Origin: Chiloscyllium plagiosum
Taxonomy: Eukaryota
Reading direction: 5' to 3'
Assembly (NCBI RefSeq): GCF_004010195.1
Contig: NC_057751.1
Coordinates: forward strand, 2,453,286-2,517,285
DNA: 64,000 nucleotides
Under the pieces are notes generated by a model, which ran no database searches, was not told the DNA's origin, and saw only the letters and a program-made list of their open reading frames with translations. Below, in pieces: positions 1 through 9,905 of this stretch (its first letter is position 1; every line of letters begins with the position of its first letter). The translations under genes and the position numbers were made by a program.

Positions 1-92
1 TTTCTAAGACTCAAGAGTACCTTCTTCCTCTTAATTGGTGAGTGACTTCCCTTGACATTCCAGGTACACCATTTAATCAAATGATTAGCCAT
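1..92 (-). CDS. L1 ORF2 N-terminus (APE endonuclease), partial
   Basis: ATG at 92-90, reads MANHLIKWCTWNVKGSHSPIKRKKVLLSLR to the window edge. This matches the L1 'WNVKG..SPIKRKKV' signature. Confidence 0.85.
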   Translation of the reverse strand, partial: MANHLIKWCTWNVKGSHSPIKRKKVLLSLR

Positions 93-680
93 AATCTTCT
101 GCAATTACATTTAAATTACAGAGAGGAGGAACCCGAACCACAAATTGCTGATTCTTAGTGTCGCATGATCCACCAAATATAAAAACTACATAAACTAAAA
201 CCACTACATTTAACAAACGTACAAAATTATTAAAAATATAAAACAACAAAAGCCAGAAAACAAACCAACATATAAAGCACCAATAGCGCTGAGTAGGGGA
301 ACTCACCCCCTGCCCGGATCCCGAACTGCCCATAAATAGGCATCTAACCATCTCAACCACCTTCACTTCTCCAGCTAGAGCCACATTGCAAGCACAAGCT
401 AAAAAGAATAAACACCCCATAGAATATCAATATGAATAAAAAAGCATTCTTTTATAAAAGAAAGGGGGAATAAATACCCCACCCATCCTTTGGTATGTCC
501 TAACTTAGAAATTTAAAATGTACATCTTAACCACTGCCAGACGTAGTTTGAACCAAATTATTATCAATAGAGGAAAAAAAAGGGATAAACAAAGCTCCAA
601 CCGGAGTTCGTCCATTTCTTTTACAGAATGATAAACGCATACCCAAGCAACAATATTTATACATACTACAATTGTTTAAC

Positions 681-1498
681 TTAGGTTAGTTTGTCCACAA
701 AGTCTCTGGCTCTCTCCGATGTGTCAAAGAGATGCATGGATCCATCTAAGGTGATCCGAAGCACTGCCGGATATCTCAGGGAGTACTGAATCCCAAGCTC
801 CTTCAGTCTTCTCTTGACACCATCATATGATTTTCGTTTCTGGATCACCGCCACTGAAAAGTCCTGAAAAAAAACATGATCTTAGACCCCTCGTAAATTA
901 GGGCCTTTGGATCCTTTCCCTGGAGTCTGGAAGCCTCCATGACTCTCTCCTTATCCCGGTAATGATGGAACCGCACCAGGAAAGGATGAGGGCGTTGACC
1001 CAGACCCGACCTCCGTACTGCAACCCGGTGAGCCCTCTCTATCTTCTATCCTCTCATGCCAGTCTCCAAGTCAAGGAATTTCGGAAGCCAATCTTCAACA
1101 AATTCCACAGGCTGCTCACCTTCCTTACCCTCAGGCAGACCGATGACCCGAATGTTTTTTCTCCTGCCCCTGTTTTCAAGATCATCCACTTGGTCATGCA
1201 AATTACGAACCTGCCTCTTCAGGGCTTGGATCTCTTCCTTGAATGAACTGGCATCAGCTTCCACCACTGTGACACTGTGCTCCACCTCATCTGTCCTCTT
1301 CTCCAGGTCTCCCAGCTGCTGCTCATGCTTCTGCAGCATGAGAGAGACTGCAGCAAGCTTCTCTTCAATCTGTTCCCCCAAAATCCCGCGAGATTTCGAG
1401 AGCTGGTTCACCAGGTCCTGGAGAGTAATCTGCTCTGAGGCTGCTGCAGGCTGAGCTGCAGGCCCGGCCTCAGATGCTCCTCCTCCCTTTTTAGGGAT
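681..1498 (-). pseudogene. L1 ORF1 (coiled coil + RRM + CTD), disrupted
   Basis: Hand translation: (I)PKKGGGASEAG...LENRGRRKNIRVIGLPEG...GMRG*KIERAHRV...IMFF/QDFSVAVIQKRKSYDGVKRRLKELGIQYSLRYPAVLRITLDGSMHLFDTSERARDFVDKLT*. In-frame TAG at 1048-1046, a frameshift in the A-run at ~867-874, putative start mutated to ATC (1498-1496), and stop TAA at 683-681. Confidence 0.88.
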
Positions 1499-1644
1499 TT
1501 CTGGACTGCTGAAAATACAGGTAAGTCAATTTTTAAATGTTTCTTGGGGCTCCACCATCTTTCCAACGCCCCAAGAAATCCTGATGACCTGGGTTGGCTG
1601 TCCTGCTGCAATGCGAAGCTCTGCAGTGTGATCTTCTCAGATCG

Positions 1645-1654
1645 CCGCCATCTT
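1645..1654 (-). promoter_or_regulatory. YY1 consensus site (AAGATGGCGG) at the L1 5' end
   Basis: CCGCCATCTT on the + strand, ~8 nt inside the inferred L1 5' terminus. This is the same position as the YY1 site of mammalian L1 promoters. Confidence 0.65.
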
Positions 1655-2695
1655 AGATCCCCAGACAAACTTTTCTACTTGTTCCAGTGTGACACAATCC
1701 ATTTCAACCTCCACCCTTGCTTATGCTTAAGTATTTTGCAGTTCATATTTGAACCGGATTTTGCATGTGTAGATTTTACATCGCCTACATTGTTTTCCAG
1801 GGCGTGTTGGAATTCTGCAATTAATGCTATGTTATCAGTGTTTTCCACGCTTGTTAGTTTCTCACCTCCAAATTAAACCCCTGCAAGTTCATCGAATGCA
1901 ATGAATATTTGCTTTGTGTACAGATTGAATCATTTTGGAAACCTTACAAAGCCTTGTAGGATTACTCTTCACTTGAAACATCGTCAGGTCGGCACTATTT
2001 AGTCCCAATATAGGCTCCGGTTAATATAATAGCTCACAGGGAGTAAACTTAACCATTTGGTCAATCAAGCATAAAATTCCAATTTTGATTACAGTGATGG
2101 AAAGCTGCATTTAGCTCAAACATTTCACTCGCAGAGGAAACAGCTGGTGATTCAGTGCCATACAAAGCCCTCAGCTATGTGCAACGATGTTGTTTTTTGA
2201 GGAAATAACAGTCTTATATTATTCAGTACACAGCGCAGCATGAATACACATGCTTGTTAATTGTATAATTTTGTATTATCAGAAAAGCATGGGTAATTAA
2301 CAGTGCATGGTGTTATTCAGTACTGCTGCCACAGCTGGTAAGCTTAATACCTTACTCAAGGAGGAAGATACTTTATCAATCTGTCCCTTGCTCACAAATG
2401 AATATTGTGATGTGTGTACTGTCAATTTTCTGCTGTGTGAACAATAGTGTAATCAAGCAAAACTGTTAATTGTTGAATAATTATCCTGCATTTCTTCGGC
2501 AGATTGCACGTGGAGCTGGGAATGTGATAAAATATCCCTTATTCATAAACATTGTGCCAACTTTTGCTCTCTCCCTGATGGTGCCTATTTATTAAGCTGT
2601 CCAACTACTATGTGGCAACTCATATGAATGGAAGTAATAACTTTAAATTTCAGCAGTAGTCTGGCTGTCAGTTCCGAGATGCTCCTGATGCTTCT

Positions 2696-3046
2696 CTACT
2701 GCGACCCCTAGGACTCATAACGGCACACAAACCAACAGCCACGCTCAGACAACAACTCACCAGAACGAAGGACCCGATACCCAACATGAGCAAGACGAAT
2801 ATAGTGTACAAAATACCATGCAAGGACTGCACTAAACACTATATAGGACAAACAGGAAGACAGCTAACAATCCGCATACATGAACATCAACTAGCCACGA
2901 AACGACACGAACAGCTATCCTTAGTAGCCACACACGCAGACAAAAAGCAACATGAATTCGACTGGGACAAAATTACTATCATAGGGCAAGCCAGACAGAG
3001 AACAGCCAGGAAATTCCTAGAGGCATGGCATCCACCCACAAACTCC
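2696..3046 (+). mobile_element. Penelope-like element (Penelope/Poseidon-type) fragment, GIY-YIG endonuclease
   Basis: Open frame LLRPLGLITAHKPTATLRQQLTRTKDPIPNMSKTNIVYKIPCKDCTKHYIGQTGRQLTIRIHEH...RKFLEAWH carries the VYKIPCxxC..YIGQT..R..EH GIY-YIG signature. It runs into the N gap. Confidence 0.92.
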
Positions 3047-3339
3047 NNNNNNNNNNNNNNNNNNNNNNNNNNNNNNNNNNNNNNNNNNNNNNNNNNNNNN
3101 NNNNNNNNNNNNNNNNNNNNNNNNNNNNNNNNNNNNNNNNNNNNNNNNNNNNNNNNNNNNNNNNNNNNNNNNNNNNNNNNNNNNNNNNNNNNNNNNNNNN
3201 NNNNNNNNNNNNNNNNNNNNNNNNNNNNNNNNNNNNNNNNNNNNNNNNNNNNNNNNNNNNNNNNNNNNNNNNNNNNNNNNNNNNNNNNNNNNNNNNNNNN
3301 NNNNNNNNNNNNNNNNNNNNNNNNNNNNNNNNNNNNNNN
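3047..3339. other. Assembly gap (293 N)
   Basis: Run of N flanked by young repeats on both sides. Confidence 1.
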
Positions 3340-3765
3340 AGGACCTTACCATTAAGTGTATAAGTCCTGCTAAGATTTGCTTTCCCAAAATGCAGCACCT
3401 CGCATTTATCTGAATTAAACTCCATCTGCCACTTCTCAGCCCATTGGCCCATCTGGTCAAGATCCTGTTGTAATCTGAGGTAACCCTCTTCGCTGTCCAC
3501 TACACCTCCAATTTTGGTGTCATCTGCAAACTTACTAACTGTACCTCTTGTGCTCGCATCCAAATCATTTATGTAAATGACAAAAAGTAGAGGGCCCAGC
3601 ACCAATCCTGTGGCACTCCACTGGTCACAGGCCTCCAGTCTGAAAAACAACCCTCCACCACCATCCTCTCTCTTCTACCTTTGAGCCAGTTCTGTATCCA
3701 AGTGGCTAGTTCTCCCTGTATTCCATGAGATCTAACCTTGCTAATCAGTCTCCCATGGGGAACTT
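3340..3765 (-). mobile_element. CR1 (HER1-like) LINE reverse-transcriptase fragment
   Basis: VPHGRL...WIQNWL..R, VTSGVPQ, VLGPLLFVIYINDLD, KFADDTKIGG, QMEFNSDKCEVLHFG. Confidence 0.93.
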
Positions 3766-3799
3766 GGATTGAAAACTTACTCATTTGAAGGGGAACTGA

Positions 3800-4010
3800 C
3801 GGGAAGATGGTGGCTGAGTGTATGTCTCTGGATTAGTAACTCTCTGGGGGCAGCCGTTTAAATCCCATCACAACCGCTGGTGGAAAATAAATTGAGTTAA
3901 TACAGAGAGTCTCAATTATGGTGATGACCAAAATAATATCCAGTGTTGTAAAGAAAACCCATCTCGATCACTTGTATCCTTTAGGAAAGGAAATCTGATA
4001 TCTACTTACA
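3800..4010 (+). mobile_element. tRNA-headed SINE, family 'A' (body AAACCCATCTGG..TCCTTTAGGGAAGGAAATCTG), degraded
   Basis: Box A/B-like head (tggctgagtg...gtttaaatccc) followed by the body shared with the copies at 6850, 7470, 13180, 14185, 26135, 31845, 52790 and 53940. Confidence 0.7.
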
Positions 4011-4154
4011 GTTTGGTTTGACACAAAACAGAGAGACAACATTCAGACCATCTTTGCCTGAGTTACATGAGCACATAACTATTGTGCATGTTTTAATGAT
4101 ATCGGTAGGATTGGAGTAGAGGCCCTTGAATAAAAAGGTTGTGCATTCATGTAC

Positions 4155-4330
4155 CAACACTGACATTGTCGGAGTACTGAGGGAGTACTGCAGATTCCGA
4201 AGTGCTGTCTTTCAAGTGATAATTTAAACTGAATCCATTCTGCTGTCATTTAGACCTCCCATTGCATTACTTTAAAATGCAACAGCAGAACTGGTGTCCC
4301 GGTCAATACCTTTCCTCAACCAGTGTCAAC
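4155..4330 (+). mobile_element. Deu-domain SINE (SacSINE1-like) fragment
   Basis: gtactgagggagtactgcag...gtgctgtctttcaagtga...ggtgtcccggtcaata resembles the Deu domain. Interrupted by the HE1 copy that follows. Confidence 0.65.
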
Positions 4331-4333
4331 CAG

Positions 4334-4687
4334 GGGTGGCACGGTGGCTCAGTGGTTGGGGTGGCATCGTGGCTAAGTGGTTAGCACTGCTGCCTCACAG
4401 GGCCAGGGACCCAGGTTGGATTCCAGCCTCGGGTGACTGTCTGTGTGGAGTTTGCACATTCTCCCTGCGTGGGTTTCCTCCGGGTGCTCTGGTTTTCTCC
4501 CACAAGTCAAAGATGTGTAGACCAGGTGAGTTGGCCATGCTAACTTGCCCATGGTGATAAGTGCATTAATCAGGGGTAAATGTAGGCTAGGGGAATGGGT
4601 CTGGGTGAGTTGCTCTTCAGAGGGTCGGTGTCGACTTTTTGGGCCGAAGGGCCTCTTTCCATACTGTAGAGAATCTAACCTAATCTA
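4334..4687 (+). mobile_element. HE1 SINE (V-SINE), with duplicated 5' head
   Basis: ggcacggtggctcagtggttagcactgctgcctcacag, box B ggttggattcc, V-domain gtgtggagtttgcacattctccc, CR1-like tail gggccgaagggcct..ttccatactgtag and AATCTA repeats. Confidence 0.92.
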
Positions 4688-5136
4688 AGAAAGATTAGGG
4701 AGAAGATTGCCAGGCCCTGAAAGATGTGGATAATGGTGAGTCAGTTGGGAACACATAGCAAGAACAGAGAAATAAGATTTTTAACTTTGAGAAAAATGCC
4801 TAATTTTTTACAAAGGGTTTTAAAGGAGATGATAAATTCACAAATAAATGGCATGGGGACCATTTGTATGCATTAACATTCATTATTATCGCATCTTGCC
4901 TTAATTGCTGTGCAGTTTTATATATTCCCTGGCAGTGGTGAGAAACTAAACAGCAGCAATTTCTGACATGAAAGTCTGAATGGGAACGTGAGACTGTAGC
5001 TTGTGAGCACTCATCTTCTCCAGAATTCACCAACATCTCAGGGCAGTGATCTATCACTTGCAACCTTCGTCATAAAGGTTAGGATCAGTCAAGCACCGAC
5101 CTCACCATATTATTCAATTGACATATTTTAAGTTCA

Positions 5137-5323
5137 AGGAGAAAGTGAGGTCTGCAGATGCTGGAGATCAAAGTTGAAACTTTATTGCTGGAACAGCACA
5201 GCAGGTCAGGCAGCATCCAGGGAACAGGAGATTCGACGTTTCGGGCACAGGCCGAAACGTCGAATCTCCTGTTCCCTGGATGCTGCCTGACCTGCTGTGC
5301 TGTTCCAGCAATAAAGTTTCAAC
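5137..5323 (-). mobile_element. Palindromic mini-insertion derived from a Penelope-like element terminus (72-bp perfect inverted repeat + 36-nt tail), 15-bp TSD
   Basis: Arms 5173-5244 and 5252-5323 are exact reverse complements around a 7-nt loop. CATATTTTAAGTTCA is duplicated at 5122-5136 and 5324-5338. Confidence 0.9.
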
Positions 5324-5949
5324 CATATTTTAAGTTCAGCACTGATGGTCACTGCCACCTTGACCTTGATAGGAAGGCAGTGCATAACAATGTGTGGCAT
5401 AACCAAGCTGTGCAACTGGGATTTGCGGGTAAAGAGTGGAGATGATGAGTTAAGTAAGAATTGGGTGGGACTGAGGGGAAGCTCAAACTGCATGGGACCG
5501 ACAAGGAGGGCAAGGCAGAAAGGAATATGAAAAAATAAAGAATGGTTGCAACCCCACCAAGACTGGACAGTTTGCTCTAACTCAGAGGAAGTAGACTCTA
5601 CTTGTGAGTGATGTGAGGCCCTCAAGGAGTAATTACATTGAACAGACACTTCGATAGTATAGGACAAAAGCATCTTTTATCATAGAATTGTGTTTGGGAA
5701 CCTTTTGCACTGAACAATTTTGTTGACTAAATATGCTAGCTCAGCTCCAGAATTGACACGCACATTCCGAGGTCCAGGAGCTGTTACCTCACACTTTGGA
5801 CTATGAGTCGCAGTATTCCTTAATGTGGGAGTGGGAATTTTGTGAAGAAATTGTTATTCTTTGTACCACACTAAAAATCTCTACTGTAAGTGTGCTAAAG
5901 GCACAGTGCAGCATATATCTGAATCAGGTCAATGATGTATAAGGTCCAC

Positions 5950-7450
5950 AGGATAGAATCTCCTGGGGCATCCAGTTGTCCTGGTCAGAGGCTTCCACAT
6001 CCCAATTTTTGAAGGACGATGATAAGGCGTCATTTTTGAGTGATGTGACTTCTGACTGATCCCATTGTTGAGGATCTATTTTGTTTCTGATATTGTCTAC
6101 ATAGACTAAATGGAATCACCCTCAAAAGATCCAGACTGAAAAGGTCGCTCTCATCTCTGTGGCCACTACACTAAGAGTCCAGAAGCCCAAGACCAGTGTT
6201 AACCTTCAATAGATGTATAGCAGCCTCCTCATGCAGAGTTTCCAACGGAAGGTGCAATGAAAGTGCAGGCAACCCACAGTTTGTCTTTTATGGGTTGCCA
6301 AATAGATAAGCGAAGGGTGGGAGTGTGATACTCTGAAAAAAGGTAGGTGTCAGAACACCTCATGAGGCCCAGTCTCTATTGAAAGCAAATGCAGCTCCTT
6401 CCAATGGAACCTTCATGGACCTTAGATGTCTCCTCAACAGAGGTTCCCATACTTGGTAAGGTCTGGCATTTTCTCAGAGTATAGTTCAGATAAAAGACTG
6501 TGCTTAATCTTTGAATACTTTTCTCCAGGTGACTGAAGGCCCCTTGACTTGGCTCTCAATGACAGCTACCAACCTGTCGATTGAATGAGTCATACGTATG
6601 CCTGTCTAGAGCCAACACATTGCACATGGGGCTAAGCAAGTGCCTCATTTCTCGTTTCTTTGATTGCCAGAGACTTGGGGCATTTCTTACTCAGCCAGCT
6701 ATGAAGATGTCCCAATGATGTGCTCATAACACTAATCCAGTTAAAGTAGCCATTAAGATTTCAGCATCTGTCTGAGGGGGGATGTAGGTGACAGCCTTGC
6801 TGTGATTCCTCTGAGTTCTCGGCATACCCGCATGCGCAACTCTGTCCCTTTTTTAATTCATTCATGTATGCATCGCTGGCTAGGCCATCCCTAATTGCCC
6901 AGAGGACAATTACGTGTCAACCATTTTGCTGTGATTCTGGAGTCATGAGTAGGCAAGATCCGGTAAAGGACGTGAGTGAATCAAGTGATCTCTTCCTGAC
7001 AATCCACAGTGGTTTCAGGACCATCATGAGATTTGTAATTCCAGATTTTTATTGAATTCAAATTCTATCTGCCATAAATAGGATTTGAACTCCGGTCCCT
7101 GGAACATGAACTTGGTCTCTGGAGTAATAGTCTCGTGATAGTACCACTAGGCCATTGCCTCCCTTCTTCTGCAAGCTCAAGGATCCTCTTCTTGTCTCGG
7201 GTCAGGAGATGAATGTCGGACACATCATTACCCATCTTGGTACTTTCAGCCATACTGTATGCCATTTTCACTGAGAGATAAAGGCACGATAAAATGAGTG
7301 AAAGTTGTGAGCGCAGTTGTTAGTATTTGTGCGAGAGGAGGAAAGGTAGTGGCAAGGCTACTCAAAGATGAGGTGCTGGGGAGGATGCTGCATGTTTGAA
7401 AGGAACTGAACATAGTGGAAAAATGTGGAAAGAAACTGAACAAATGAGAA
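5950..7450 (-). mobile_element. Probable Harbinger/PIF-type DNA transposon relic (Myb/SANT ORF exon at ~7165-7271), interrupted by a SINE
   Basis: After a pyrimidine-rich acceptor (ctttatctctcag) the minus strand reads KMAYSMAESTKMGNDVSDIHLLTRDKKRILELAEE. This is similar to the 43520-43610 peptide and to the '..KTGGG..I..LT..E.R.LEL' segment of Harbinger Myb-like proteins. The outer limits are a guess. Confidence 0.4.
6850..7165 (-). mobile_element. tRNA-headed SINE family 'A'
   Basis: Reverse strand: gggaggcaatggcctagtggtactatcacgagactattactccagag...gagttcaaatcc...gaatttgaattcaataaaaatctggaatt..., with tail gggcaattagggatgg..ccagcgatgc..atgaatgaatt. Confidence 0.8.
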
Positions 7451-7469
7451 AATTGGCTGACACAAGAGC

Positions 7470-7790
7470 AAAGATGGTGGTGTAATGGTAATGTCACTGA
7501 ACGATAATAAAAACTGTAATTAAGTTCAAATCCGAGTGCAGCAGATGGTGAAATTTGAATTTAATTTTTAAATAAGTCGGAATTAGAAAACTAGTTTAAT
7601 GGTGACCAAGGAACTACTTTCAATTGTCATAAAAGTCATCTGATTCACTGAATCTGTCTTCCTTCCATCAATCAGCCGACAGGTGATTCCAAAGCCCACA
7701 TACGAATTAAGAAAAACACAAATTGCAATTGTCAGTGAATACAAAAGGAGTGACTTTTCTGCATAAGAACAATTCAACTAGGTTTGTCAA
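7470..7790 (+). mobile_element. tRNA-headed SINE family 'A', degraded
   Basis: gatggtggtgtaatggtaatgtcactg...agttcaaatcc...gcagatggtgaaatttgaattt...ggtgaccaagg...catctgattcactga. Confidence 0.7.
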
Positions 7791-9049
7791 TCCTTCACCA
7801 ATATCTCAAATGCAAGGGGTAAACATAAGGTGAATTATGGACTGTCAGTTAAAAGCACGACAATTGCACCATTATGTCTTTGATCTGGGCATTAGTCAGC
7901 AATTACTTCATACACTCAATGAATCACGTTACTGTCATAGTGGCTCATCAGCTTCTTTCATAGGAGTCCATATCATTAAGGATACAGAGAGTGACACTTC
8001 ATGCAGAGTAAACTGCTTGTGTTGCCAATACCAGGATAGCATTTAATGTCCATTAACATTTACAAGATAAGCCAAATGAGAGCTGTAGTTTGTGAGCTAG
8101 TCCAGGTCAAATAGATAATAGGAAAATGTGAAAAGCAGCTGTGTTATGACAGCACAACATTTCACATTGTTCCCAAAAAATCCTTTGTGATGAAAAGTGG
8201 TTCCTTCAAAGATCTGTTGCCAAGCCAAGTGTGAGCATAGATGCAATTAAGAATCAAAAATCAATATTTCTAAAATATGATGAGAATTTTGTTTATTTGG
8301 CGCGTTCAGCTGAAGAGCATGTAGTTTTAATATGCGGACTGGCTTTTCACCCCATTTTACCCCTTTGGTACCAAGGAACATTTCACCTGATGGTCTCTCC
8401 ATGTGCAAAACCATCAGTACTGAAGCTGTTTGATCACACAATTATAAACTGCCACTTGCCTTGAAAGCACGAGAATAACACCAATAGACCAACATTCTTT
8501 TATTAAAATGTTAGTCAGCTTAATGGGCAGGAGAATGACATCAGATGAAGTTAATTCTGATCATTTTCAGTGGGGTCAGCTGGAGTTAGATGGTGGCTTA
8601 GGTTTGCTAGTGGCACTCTCCTTGTTGACTTAGGTTGGTCCAACTCTGCTGTGAATGCTGAGTATTTTAACGAGGAGACCCAACACCATGGCAGCTGTAT
8701 CAGTTCAGCAAATGTTTGAATCCAAAGATGCAAGTCAACAAAAATCCTAATGTGCAGAACAGCTGTTGTCATTCCTGCTGCTGTGTTTCAGTGAGGTCTG
8801 GATTCTGCATCAGCAATACATAAAAAGGCTAGATAAATTCCATTAACCATGTTTCTGCATGCAGCTTTCAGAATAAATGGACACATCCTTATTGAAGGTA
8901 GCTCCACAAATATTCAGACATAAGTCCTGCAAAATTGGTTTTAATGAATTGGGCACAGTGTGTAGATGGCTAAAAAGCATCTTCACACCAGGCCAGTTAG
9001 CTTAATTCATGTTGAGGGGAAGGCATAAGTATCTATCAATAAGAGGATT

Positions 9050-9605
9050 ATCACTGGATCACTGGATGCTTGGAATAACCATGGTAATCAGAAAGAGTCA
9101 GCATGATTTTGTGAAAGGGAAAATCATGCTCAACCAATTTAATGGAGGTCTTTGAAAGAGGAACATGCATTGTGGATAAGGGGGAACCCATTGACAGCTG
9201 TACTTTCATTTCCAGAAAGCATTTGACAAGGCTGTTTGGAAAAGTAGAAGCATGGAATGAAGATTGGCTGGTTGGCAGAAAACAGAATATGCAGAAATAG
9301 ATCTTTTTCTTAGTGGCAAGTTATGATAAGTGAGATGGTGCATGGGTGCATGCTGGGGCCTTAAACTTTCACAATTTAGATCAATTACTTTCATAAGGCA
9401 TGGTCATGAAATAGCACAAAGATTGGGAGGAACGTAATAGTGAAAAGGATACAAGGAAGTGGTAGACTGATACACATAGGTTGAATGAGTGATAAAAAGC
9501 TGAAATATGGAATATAATGTGGGAAATGTGAAAATGTTCATTTCATCAGAAAGAATTTAAAAAGCAGGGCATCGCCCCAAGGGAAAACCAACTTCAGAAT
9601 TCCAA
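9050..9605 (+). mobile_element. CR1 LINE RT fragment, old
   Basis: agtcagcatgattttgtgaaagggaaaatcatgc (SQHGF..GKSC), ttccagaaagcatttgacaagg (FQKAFDK), aatataatgtgggaaatgtgaa. Confidence 0.75.
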
Positions 9606-9905
9606 GATGCAGAGATCATTCATTCCCAGCGTCACTGCCCAGTGGCACCAGCGACCTCTAGCACCAAGGAAGACAAGGTTAGCAGCTCGCGAGGATACTT
9701 CCAATTGCAGGTTCTCTTCCAAGCCATATATTATCATGATTTGGAACTCTGTACGTGTCTGTAATGGAATCAAAATCCTCAAATTCCCTTCCTGACAGCA
9801 TTGTAGAAGTTCCTATAGTAAATGGCCTGCACTGTTTGAAGAAGGCACCTCACCACCACCAACAAACACTGGCATCGCCAGTGTTGCGGACATTCTGTGA
9901 AACAA
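9605..9905 (+). mobile_element. 3' end of a CR1/L2-group LINE (probable partner of SINE family 'A')
   Basis: cgacctctagcaccaaggaagacaagg...aaaatcctcaaattcccttcctgacagcattgt...gaagaaggcacctcaccaccac; the same sequence occurs at 29845-30225. Confidence 0.7.

Larger units (their letters stand above)
1..1662 (-). mobile_element. LINE-1 (L1 clade) retrotransposon, 5' portion: 5'UTR, ORF1, inter-ORF spacer and start of ORF2 (continues beyond the left window edge)
   Basis: Minus strand begins GGGGATCTAAGATGGCGGCG at ~1662. ORF1 has L1 motifs (DLENRGRRKNIRVIGLPEG, IERAHR, FFQDFS, YPAVLRI). ORF2 begins MANHLIKWCTWNVKGSHSPIKRKKVL, an APE endonuclease motif I of L1 type. Confidence 0.93.

Noticed and set aside
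85..420. 111-aa hydrophobic ORF in the L1 spacer as a membrane protein
   Set aside because: U-rich sequence gives F/V/L-rich frames by composition, and there is no other support.
2979..3650. Long ORFs spanning the first gap (and 55147-56123 spanning the second)
   Set aside because: Their length is an artefact of translating through N. The flanks are unrelated retroelement pieces or SINE sequence.
4338..4430. tRNA genes at SINE heads (also 54518, 58600, 47296)
   Set aside because: Only the A/B boxes are present, followed by SINE bodies, with no complete cloverleaf.
5173..5323. Palindromes as MITEs or pre-miRNA genes
   Set aside because: The arms are asymmetric with a one-sided tail, the TSDs are 12-15 bp, the fold-back points vary, and the sequence matches a Penelope terminus, all of which favour a PLE origin. 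Nothing indicates miRNA processing.
5158..5445. Identical short ORFs MLEIKVETLLLEQHSRSGS.. at 5158 and 42047 as a duplicated gene
   Set aside because: They are incidental translations of the palindromic repeat.
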